In this document: one piece after another, positions 10,701 through 22,700 of the stretch
Position numbering within the stretch: the stretch's first letter is position 1
Layout of the letters: each line of letters opens with the position of its first letter
Assembly (NCBI GenBank): GCA_002633005.1
Contig: NMRA01000467.1
Location: forward strand, 255,081-319,080
DNA length: 64,000 bases
Reading direction: 5' to 3'
From: Phoronis australis
Taxonomy: Eukaryota > Animalia > Phoronida
Made by a program: the position numbers and the translations under genes
Notes under the pieces: generated by a model
Databases searched by the model: none
What the model was told of the DNA's origin: nothing
Seen by the model: only the letters and a program-made list of their open reading frames with translations

Positions 10701-13700
10701 AAGATATAAACCTTTATTTCAGTGCGCACTTTAGTTAATTTTTGCAAAAAGCGAACCGAGGTTCCGTCGTGCAGGGTCACGCCGAGGCTTCCTACCCTGG
10801 CTTCGCCTTTCTCGTACTAGCCGAATGACTAAAGTGTTCAAAAATTTAGTATTTTCCGTTTTAATAATTCGTTTGGGCGTTTGTTACGCGAGTCGTGGTG
10901 TGGTTCAGTCCTGTTGTGGTCATAAAAAGTAGACGATTACCACATTTTTGCAGTTTGGGTTCAAATTCAATTGTAAACAAGTGTTCGGGGTGTCCCCATC
11001 ATGATCAGGTGTTAGCGATGTTTATTTAGGTTAACTTTTTCCTCATTGGACTGGTGCAAAATAACATTCCCCTGGGCACTTTCGTTTAATGGTTAAAAAT
11101 TTTCAAGTTATCAAATAAGATTGATCAAATCTAGAATCGCATTCATGTCTTCGTGTGTGATGCCTTCATGTTGTTGTGTATGACATGCCACATAATCAAT
11201 GTTCTCGACATCTGAAAATCCAAACCTGTCGGAAAGACGTAACTGAACTCAATCTTTCGGCTATTCTTTGTTATGGGCAAACAAAAAAACACGTATGTTA
11301 CAGCTTACCAAGACTGACTGAAGCACCGGCTAATTGCCCTGAATTCAGTAATGCTAAGACTTCGCGAGGTTTTGTGAGATGTTGCCAAGTATTCTAAAGC
11401 GTTCCCACCTTGCATTTTGTTTTTAAGGTTTTCGTTAGCTAACATGAAATAGATACGCCCAAAACTAAATGAATAAGCACTTTTTATGCCAAATAGTTGC
11501 GAATTTTTTTATTTTGAAGAAAAAATAGTTACTTCCAAGTTTCCCGCCAAATGATGTAATGGGTGGAAGATGTTTGGTCACTTGGCGATCAATTGCAATG
11601 GCGGAACACAACTGATCAGCAGAGGAGGACGATTTTGAGCGAGAACTAGACAATTAATATTCAGACAGAAAAGAGAGTGAATACAGGCATCACACTCAAG
11701 TTCTTGAAGAATCAGACAATGAATTCAATTTCCTACTTAGAGAACTTTCGTCGACTTTGAGGCCGTATGAACTCGACCCTACAAGAAATGCCACTACCAG
11801 ACATATGTGTCGCCACAACCAACTGAACCAAGGGGTGGTCAATATTCACAAAAAACACTTAATAATCACTGATATCAAAGGTCATATTGAACCTAGGTCA
11901 TCCTTGCCATTATGCATGAGTACGCTCTAAAGACACTGCTTAGTCTCCGTGTCGTAGCACTCGATCTTGGCCGGGGTGGAGATCCCTAGAATGCAGGCAG
12001 TTTCTTCATTATTTGTAAAATTCGCAAATACACTTACAAAGTGGCGAGTACTTCGTAACGCCGCTTTTGTGTTTGGTCGAAGCACGATTCCTTGAAATGT
12101 GCCGAACAAGGTGTAGCTTATGACTGAATCGCATGTTCCATAATGACTTTCCGCACGCTCGTGCGGCGCACAAACCGGTGTTTCTGTGCTACTTTCACGT
12201 ATTTAGGGAAATTTGATCACAGAGACGTTCTCAGTCAAGTGGCTATTACTACAGCCTCCACAAACGCACATTTTCATGTCGGAAAAAGGCGGCTCTCTGT
12301 GGACATTCCTCACAACTACTCAGTATCGCACTGGTAAAAACAACAATGGCGGAGACGGTTTTACACCCATTACGTACAACCTCGATGACAGAAAAATGNC
12401 GCAAATACACTTACAAAGTGGCGAGTACTTCGTAACGCCGCTTTTGTGTTTGGTCGAAGCACGATTCCTTGAAATGTGCCGAACAAGGTGTAGCTTACGA
12501 CTGAATCGCATGTTCCATAATGACTTTCCGCACGCTCGTGCGGCGCACAAACCGGTGTTTCTGTGCTACTTTCACGTATTTAGGGAAATTTGATCACAGA
12601 GACGTTCTCAGTCAAGTGGCTATTACTACAGCCTCCACAAATGCACATTTTCATGTCGGAAAAAGGCGGCTCTCTGTGGACATTCCTCACAACTACTCAG
12701 TATCGCACTGGTAAAAACAACAATGGCGGAGACGGTTTTACACCCATTACGTACAACCTCGATGACAGAAAAATGTATCTAAATATTTGGTTTGTTCCTT
12801 GGCAACAGGTATACTAAGGGCTATTAAGTCTCTTAAAATGTATTTTATTAAAATAAAATTCTTTTTGAGACACAGTGTCATGGTGGGATCTCATTAAGAG
12901 AGGACGCGTGATTTTGTCTAGATTTTAGCGAGCTTCTAGTGTTACTGAAATCTACCTTGTTGAAGCGACTGGTGGTGAAGAACATTCACATGACAAAATG
13001 GCTACCAAGTGTACATGGACGTTGTTTTTCTCTTCTCTTTTAAGGGTACCGGTTACTACAAAAAAACAACTCAAGAATGGAAATAATTTTCTGTCAATAA
13101 TTTTTTTCTAAATGTCGTTTACTGGGGCAAAAATTTTACTGGGCGAAGCACACTGAACTTTTCTGCCTACGAATATGGCTACTCCTTCATGAACCCGGTC
13201 GAAGATCATTTGAAAATCTGCGTACAATACAGGGTCAGTTACTGGATACGTTAAAAGAGGCGAGTACTAGATACCATTTACTGGAAGGCAACACACTGTG
13301 GGACATGTGTTTGACAGACGCTGTTGTATTCTACATGCCAAGGCCACTGCGCTTTCTCTTTGTTAAAATCTGTTCGCACAGCAATTGACTCCGCTCTTTA
13401 CTATGACTGGCAACAGTACCAAGATAACTTAATTGATTGAGAACTTTGTTCACTACGGCTAAACACGTGATACGTACAGTCATGAATATATATATATATA
13501 AATCAGAATTTGTGGTCTGGTAATAAAGATAATCTGAGTGTATGTTCTTCGTGGTATTATCATCATCCCATTTTTGTGCGGTGAAAAAAACTATAAGAAT
13601 GGACGTTCTAAAAATGAAATACGATTTTTAAGAACAAAACAATTGGCTGAGAATAGCAAAAGCATTGATAACAGCACAGCTTTTACTTGACACTTTTCTG

Positions 13701-16700
13701 TCCCAACTCAAGAATGTAGCACAAGAGCAACTTCCCATGTCTAGCGTAAACACGGCGAAACCTCATTAGTGAACATTAGCTGGTACACATATTTAACACA
13801 TGAGCCTGTCAATTCTTCAACATCAGCATCTAGTGAATGTCAAGTCCTCCATTAGCTTACTCCATGAAAGTCGGAGGAGTTAGTGCAAACGAAACTTCTT
13901 TTGATGTGCACTGACCTGGGCCACTGATCTCATAGTGTAGAGAAACTTCATAAAAGTACTGTGCACATACCTTTCGCAGAAGAGGTGTATCGAAAGTGTC
14001 GTATTCTAGGCGGGCGGAGTAACCAAGCGACAGGATGAGTTTGTCCACCGGCTTGAATTCAGTGTGACCTTTATTTTGTGAAAATATAAGACAAAAGAAT
14101 GGAATTAGCCATCAAGATTGTATGTCTCTTTCAGAGCCATTCCTTTCAAAACTTCACTAAATTGAAATCAGAACATGGACCTCGACTGGTGTGAACATTC
14201 TTAAGCGAGCATGACTTGTAAATTTCATTGACAATTATGCAACGAATAAAGCATACCATCCCTGTCTTTTGTTTCTATGCCGATAACACCCTGGTTACCG
14301 ATGAAGATCTTCTGTATTTCCTGCCCATACGTCCAGTTATGACCAACAGCCTCTACTAACTTCCGGTAGGTGTGGTGGAAGTCTGTGGCAAGACGTGATC
14401 CGTTAGGGTGATCGAAAGCGGTGTGAATTAGAGAACTTTTGTCCCCAAACACTCTTTCAACGAGAGATGCTGGCACGCGGAAACACGGTATGCCAAGAGA
14501 TCTATTGACTTTCTGGTAATGAGTCTCCATTTCGAATGCCTGTGAAGAATCAGTTGTGATGGACCAGCTTTTCTCGAAGTTCCGCGACAAATCCGCTTCT
14601 GACGACTTCAATGCCGGAAGTAAAACGCCACAGGACTGATCTTCCGGAAGGTACTTCTCTGCCCACTTGTCAATCACCTTCAAGACGTTCTTTGTTCCCA
14701 TCGCGTACTTCCGATCATGATACCAATCCGTTCGCTCGAAGTGACTACCACGCATGTGGAGCATGTTGGAAAACAATCTTAGTTCCTCTTTAACCACAAG
14801 TTTGATGTTGTCGTAGACGTCTGCATTAAAAAGGTCTTTGAAGGAAATGTCCACACTTTTGTAACCTAGAGTCCTGGCGTCCTCAATACTCTTCTCCGTC
14901 GGACCGAAACGCCTTGAGAAAAGTCCTTCCAGTAGGCGGTAGCTCCTAAATCGGTAATCTTCGCTGATAGATGTTGCTAAAATTTTGAAACAACAGACGT
15001 GTTCATCCAGTAAACAGAGCTACATGTATACCAACAAAGTGAGTTAATCCTTTCCTGGCGTCATTGGAACACCGGGTGACAACTACCGGTAGTAACGGAA
15101 ACATTTAACTGTTATTAAAAATTTCATAGGCTGCTATAGCAACCTTCCGTCAAAGAAACCAATTTTTATGTAAAACCGGACTGTCGCCATGTTCTTGACT
15201 AAGACGATAAATTTTTGGGCTTAGTTTGAAAGAGCGTTTCGAGCCTTGAAACGGCGCCCGTTACCTGCTGTAACTTGGAAAGAACTGGTACTTCGTATAC
15301 GTATGAAGACTATAGCCGCATAATTTGAGCAGCCGTGACGAACCAATTGATTCAGTTTGTTCTCAAGTAAAAATTGCCACTATTGTTTCCACGCACAGAA
15401 TCCTGTCTAGATCTTATTCATTGACAAACAGTTAACAAGCAAAAAATGTATGAGCTGTCAATTTTTCTAAATCCAGATATCGTATCCAATCTGAGTAAGG
15501 AACACGTTGAGATCGGTTTATAACCTTTAGTGGTCTAGATCAAAAGTTTTTGGTGGAAGGCAGCTTTATAGTCTTTCAGAAAATTGCAACGGGCTAAAGC
15601 AAGTCCGTCATTGGTACAAAACTGAACTGCGTTTTCAATAGAGACAGCTTGACGTTTTGGTGTTGGGACTTCTATGTTTAATTTGGGCAACCCTTTGGGA
15701 CTGCTCAAGACAATACAGAGGAGTGAACGGAGGAATAACCAACACTAATAGACAAAATACCAGTCTTCCGCTCTAGGTCACCAATGACTCGGTTTGTGAA
15801 ACACAATAGTGGAACACCATACATTGATGAACATTCTTACCCAAATGCTCGTGGTAGTTGTAACCACTACCAATGAAATTCGAGTCGGCAGTATCACGTG
15901 CCAAAAACGTGACTTCATCATTGTCCCCATTCTCCCGCGCTCTGACGGCATTGATGACAGCTCCCACCATTGGTCCAGGCCCTCCCGCGTAGAGCACACG
16001 AGTGGGACCTCCTGTTGTTTTCGGGTTCGGTCCTTTGTAACGGCATATTTTAACAGCCTATTTGGAAACAAAATGCCACAAATGTTTTTGGAGTATGTAA
16101 TGGCAGCAACCAGAAAAAGTTATGAAAACGAAACTGGTGACATGTGGTTTTGACTGAAAACCGCTTTGTTGCATAGTATCAACGCAGTAATTTCCGGAGG
16201 TAGAAATGTGTTCTTGCAGATAAGTCGTACCAAATCTCTAAAAATGCTTATATTTGAAAAGGCGATTCAAAGTTAGTGAAAAATACTGTAACTTGTGGTC
16301 TTTGTGTCATAGTTACCACTGTAAGTTGTAGTGGACATCTTAAACGTGTATAAATATGACTTTTCACATTTTTCCGGGTCAGGTGCACACTTCATTTGAT
16401 CAAAATGTTTTCAAACTAATTTTGTTTTCGTACCAAGGTGATGATCGCTAGAGATGGAGGCAACGTCGAAACATAAGTCTTTTCCAGTTATTCACTCTAT
16501 ATTGCCATATCAACACGTAGCGGAAACTAGGTGTTTATTCCTCTGGAAACCATTCTACGTAATACATTATTTCCCGATGTTTCAGAATCAATAACGTTTT
16601 GTTTGCAATTGCACATGAGTTCAGTACCGATACAAACCTTTCGTTTTGGTGGTTCATGGTTTGTCAGGAGAGAAAACGATTCTACTTCATGGGGAAAATT

Positions 16701-19700
16701 CTTCTTGACAAACTGCAGGACTTCTTCGTCACTCGTCACCCAGTTACTGTAAATGGTTCTTTTGTCTTTGATTGCTTGTTCGCAGAACTTCTCTGCGTCG
16801 GCACCTGGTAAATTTGTGGACAAAAATCTGACCTACAAAATCGAGACAACGATTCACTTTTAATGTAAATACTTTATATTAGATTATTTCATACAGGCCC
16901 GTAGCGGGGATGGTTCGAATTTCTAGAACGGTGGACCTTTGATATTTTCCAAAGGTCGAAATTGTAGAGTTTCCAGTAAGGCTCTTCACGCAGCTTAATT
17001 AGGGGGAAGGGAAGTCTGTATACAACGATGACTCTCAGCTCTATGTTCCTGAGATGAGACGGACATGAGGATGTCGTGACGGTGCAAGATTTTATACCAC
17101 AAACATTTATAAAATCTTGCACTGGCAGGTTTTTACGCAACCAATCTAAGACACCTGTGGATGTTTGTCATGGGTCTCAATTGAAGAAAGTATTTTTTAA
17201 TCTTCCCTTTTTGGGTAACATTAGTTGTGTGATCGGCAGGCATGTTTAAAGAATGCTTGGAGCATGTGCACCATATTTGCAACTTGTGACAATCTTTAAA
17301 CCTGTAAATAGACTTTTGTCATTGTCTAGACTAAAAAAACCATTGAGTAATTCTCAAAGAAGTCATGTTGTGTACCAACTCAACTGCAGTGACTGTGAAC
17401 AGTTTTACACTGGAATGACGAACAGGTTTCTTATCATCAGAGAAGGATAAATGGTGGGGCGGAAGAAGACTCGTAAGGGAGTTCCCAGGAAAAGAGTGGA
17501 GTTGTGCCACTGTAAATAGATCNTAATCTATTATTTTCATACACTCTTTGTGCACATTCACAGAGATCATTCAACTATGTTGTTTTTGTACTATAACGTA
17601 TTTCTGGTGTATTATGCAAACAAGCTGCATTTTACACCATTAGTCAATGTTTTAGTCATTGAGGCACAAATTTTGCCCAGTCTCAAGTGTTTTGTGTTAT
17701 TTTTGATGCCTGACAATGCCAGAATAACTTCCTAGTAACATTCAGACTTAGTTTGAATTTTTGTCACTAGGTGTCTCTTTACATTTTTTAAATTTCACTG
17801 TTTACAATTAATTTACAATAGTAAAACATGTAATGTGAGTGTAATATTGTTCAATACAATGGCACTGATGGGACCATGTTACTTGTTTTACAAAAAAGTC
17901 ACCAAAACTGTTGTTTTTACAAATATAAGTTTACTAAGCTCTTTGGTGATTATTTGGTAACTTCAAACTCAAATTTCTCAAAAATGTGCAACTTTATAAG
18001 TGGGAACTTTTTAGATTTTGAAAACACTCTAATAAATGAATTAAAAAACACCAAAATAAAATTGCCCCCCCTAAAGTACTCACAAAAACCATTTTCTAGA
18101 GGCCCTACAAAATCTGGCCCACCGACTAATCATTGCTAAAACAAGCAACACAGGGGCTGTCTTGCGTAAGAGTGGCAGTGGGTGACCCAAGACTGCATGT
18201 TCGAAAGAAAATGAGGATCGTGTTGAGGAACTGATTCAATCCCAGGAGGACAACCCCGGGCAAATCTCTGAGAGAATTCGATAGCTATTTACAAGTGAGC
18301 AAGTCTTCTGTGCAAAGAATGGCAATAACCCTTCAAAAGAATGTAGGTATCACGGAGAGATCAAAATGTTTGAATGAAAACTCAAAGTAGATACTTGCAT
18401 GACCACTATTCGGCCACAGATGTGAAAAGAATCATTTTCATTGATGAAAAGACTTTACACTCGAAATCGCTAAAAATCGCCAAACCGACCGTGTTCTTGG
18501 GATACAAAAACGAGATATTTAGCCTTTTCGACTCTATCATGAGAATTCCAGGTTTTTGAAAAATAAGGATTTCCGGTGGAGTATCGTAGGACAGAAAAAC
18601 AAATGTTCATTTTATTGACACTGATACGGCCAAAGTTGTAGGATGTATGCAGTTAATGGATAAAAATCTTCTCCCGGATTGCAGGCGACTGAATCCTTGA
18701 AACAATTAGGTGTTTCAGTAAGATGGGGCTCCTTTTTCACACGCAATCAAGATAAGCCAGGCTCATTTGGAGTAAGCAAGATAAGCCAGGCTCATCTGGA
18801 GTAAGCAAGATAAGCCAGTCTCATCTGGAGTAAGCAAGATAAGCCAGTCTCATCTGGAGTAAGCCACAACAAAATACATCAAAAAGGATGAGTGGCCTCC
18901 GCTCAATCCTGACTGCAATCCAACGGACTGTGCCAAAAGGAGAAAGTTTACCAGGGGAATGAGAGACAAATCGACTGAGCAGGAATGAAGTCAGTTTATC
19001 ACGGGAGGAAATCTCGATAGCAGAAATGCGGAAAAGCATTTCTGGTTGGTAGAAACGGCTGCGTTTAGTCGTGGAGGAAGGTGGAGGCCACATAGAGCAT
19101 TAACTGAAATGAGCGAGCTTTCTTTTTGACCTAATGTATTTAACTAGACAGTACTCGCCCAATTGGACGCAGATCTCTCAGATATTTTGCTCATTTGTTG
19201 ATGATGTCCTAAGGTTCATCTGTAAGAAATTTGAAAAAATCAGTTTATCAGTTGCTGCGAAATCACTTGTCAAAAATTGGGTCACTTTTTTGGAACACCT
19301 GATACATGTTCATTAGAACGTCGTACGGAAAATTCGCCATCTAATGAGCTAGAATTCTTCATCTAGTTTGCACAAAACATAGTTGTTTGATTTTTACAGA
19401 AGAGCGCTTATTAATATAAAATCTTGATTCTGGCAAAGCATCCGTGATTTGAAAAAACACAAATGACAAAATGTATTATTGTGGGATAAAGCCGAAGACT
19501 TGCCATAACGAATGTGTAAAACAACTGTCACATTAACAATATTCAATAATGAAGTCTTATCATTACCGCCATAATCAAAAACTTCAAAGCCAGCCTCTTC
19601 AATGCCTCTAACACAAGCTTCCGCCCTATATGAGGCCTATACATTGTACTTCTAACACAAGCTTTCGCCCTATATGAGGGCCATAGTCCTTCATCAGGTG

Positions 19701-22700
19701 AATAAATGGCACGATGATAAATCATTGTCTACAAAGCACATTAGACTTTCACATATCCAAATATGGAACTAATTATTACTGCGTACAACTCGCATCAATA
19801 GCAAAATTCGATTGTTGATGACTACGACAACACTAATGATAACGACAGTGATGATGACAATGATACGCATAGATAACTCAAGACGGGGGAAATTGGGGGA
19901 TCGATCGAATCCCCCCTCAGAAAAGGTCCAGGACCAGCCTATCCATTTAACATAAGATATAGATGGACAAAAAACAACAAAATTGTTGTTATAGTAGCTA
20001 CTGGTACTACTAACTACAATGATAACTAAGTTGATCTTGATTTTGAATTTACTTCTGATTCAAAGCCCTTTACGTAATCATCAGGCCGTGCCTGGCCAAC
20101 TTCGTCCGAATGGTGCGTAGATGATAGAATCGCGCAGACTATTAGAAGAGGCGTCATGTCATTCATCGGCATGGAACGCTCGTGGTGGCTACAGCCTAAT
20201 AGGATAACAAGGGAGTCTAGAAGTAAATTTTCATACATAGCTAGGCTATAAATCAGTGAGAGAGATCACAAACAGTGGTGCGGTGTGAATGCCTTAAAAT
20301 CAACCGCGAAACAAAACAGCAGTATGCGCACTTAAAACTTTGCACGTGCTGTACCCAAGTGCATAGTGAGTTACGGACGTATTATATTGCTAAGAAGTTA
20401 CGTCGTTGCTGTGGAAGAGAGAGTTATCCGTGGTATACTATGAAAGAACTAACGAGAAACGTTAGAATGCCAGCAGAAAAACTGCACTTGATGACCCCAA
20501 AATTGAACATAATGGCCCTAAAGCCTGTACAAAGCTTTTAATTAGTATACCAAACTAATGTGTGATTGGGAAAATTCTAATTCAAAAATCAGTTTAACAC
20601 ACATTGACCTTTGAGTTTGTCGCAACTAATGACCCTAAAGTTTGTGACTGGACTTCATGAATGGAAAACACGTGCGTGATTATGAAAGGTTTAGCACAAA
20701 AATCAATTTTGCACATAATAACCTTTGACCTGGCAACTCAGGTCACTTGATCCAATTTGAATTCCAAGTAAATGTCGGACCCGTTTCGGGTCATTCCGTT
20801 ACATTTTGGGTGAAAACACTATAATCTTGTTTTTTAAATCCATTCATTATCGTATAAGTTACAATGAAAACGATTGTTATTAGCGAATCGATGTAAGAAT
20901 AATAGCAATCTGAAAAGGAAGGAAGAATAAGAAGGATAAGAACGTGACACGGCGTAACAATAATGGACTCTGCGCGTGCGTATTACTAGGATTGTTATGG
21001 GAAGTTATTTACAGTAACCCGTTTACCAATATGAGAAGGAATTCTTTAAAATTATAGGAGAAATTACATGACATATTTTGATGACCTTTACACTAATTGA
21101 CCTCTTCCGGTGAATTATGAGCCCCGATGAGGGAAAAATTCTAAACTCCATTAAAAGTGTGGTTAATGCTAAGAATCACAGATGTTTTACTTTAAGCACT
21201 TCAGAATACAAGATGAATGAATTGGTCAAACTTTCAGAACAAAAATGCACCTAATGACCCCATGGGTGCACCAAATGGCCTGAAAATTTAGAATTCAAAC
21301 TCAATCGCATTTAGTAAACAGACCTCTTCCGGTGCAATATGGAATATGATTATATAACGAATCAAAATTTTAGTACCTCCAAAAATCACATGCAGAATTT
21401 AAAGAACATACCTGCACCCATTTTGGAGTTATTAAGCCTTTACGTTGGTCGGAAGAAGAATAAGAAGAACTAGGCGTGACAATAATGGACCCTGCGCGTG
21501 TGTATTACTGGAATTGTTTTGGGAAGTTACTGACTGCAAACCCTTTACCAATATGAAAAGGAATTCTTTAAAAAATGTAGGAGAATTTACATGTTAATAT
21601 TTTGATGACCTTTCCACTAATTGACCTCTTCCGGTTCATTATGAACCCCGACGAGGGAATAATTGTGAACTCGATTTAAAGTGTGGTTAATGCTAAGAAT
21701 CACAGATGTTTTACTTTAAGCACTTCAGAATACAAGATGAATGAATTGGTCAAACTTTCAGAAGAAAAATGCACCTAGTGACCCCATGCGTGCACTAAAT
21801 GACCTGAAACTTTAGATTCTGTATTAAACTACCTGTGCCAATCACACCTGTAAATTTGAAGTGTCTAGCTCAAAATTTTAGTTTCCACCTAATGACCTTT
21901 GACCTGTTAAACCTGATTGGATGACCCGATTACTTAGAAAAGTAATTTTTTAAATTAGCTTATTGACTTATACCGTTGTACCGAATTTGAAAAGAATAGC
22001 TTTTAAAATAAAGAAGGAGTAGCATTTTGAAAATTATATGACCTTTGCACCAAATGACCTCTTCCGGTGCAATATGGAATATGATTATATATTGAATCAA
22101 AATTTATGTACTGTCAAAAATGATATGCTAAATTTAAAGAACGTAGCTGCACCCAATTTGGAGTTATTAAGTCTCAAAGTTGGTCGGAAGAAGAATAAGA
22201 AGAACTAGAAACATTATTGTCACGGCGTGACAATAATAGACTCTGCGCGTCCGTATTACTGGAATTGTTATGAGAAGTTACTGACAGCAACCCGTTTACC
22301 AATATGAAAAGGAATTCTTTAAAATATTAGAAGAAATTACATGTTAATATTTTGATGACCTTTCCACTAATTGACCTCTTCCAGTGCATTATGAGTCCCG
22401 ATGAGGAAATAATTGTGAACTCGATTAAAAATGCTTTTGATGCTAAGAATCACACATGTTTTACTTTAAGCACTTCAGAATACAAGATGAATGAATTGGT
22501 CAAACTTTCAGAAGAAAAATGCACCTAATGACCCCATGCGTGCACCAAATCACCTGAAAATTTAGAATTCAAAATCAATCGCACTTAGTAAACAGATATG
22601 TAATTTTGAAGTTTCTAGCTCAAAATTTTAGTTTGCACTCAATGACCTTTGATCAATTTTTTTCTGATTGGTTAAGCCTATTGCGTAGTAAAGTTGTGCG

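Noticed and set aside
13857-13930. Possible extra small exon (conserved with 42525-42600 and has AG/GT-like sites)
   Set aside because: There is a 2-nt indel between paralogs and in-frame stops. Exon 5 already joins exon 6 in phase, so this is treated as conserved intron.
15778-16153. Alternative overlapping ORFs (15778-16071 minus, 15809-16153 plus), and similar antisense ORFs over exons 4, 6 and 7
   Set aside because: They are shadow frames of the real exons. Only the AGGPGP frame fits the splice phases and paralog conservation.
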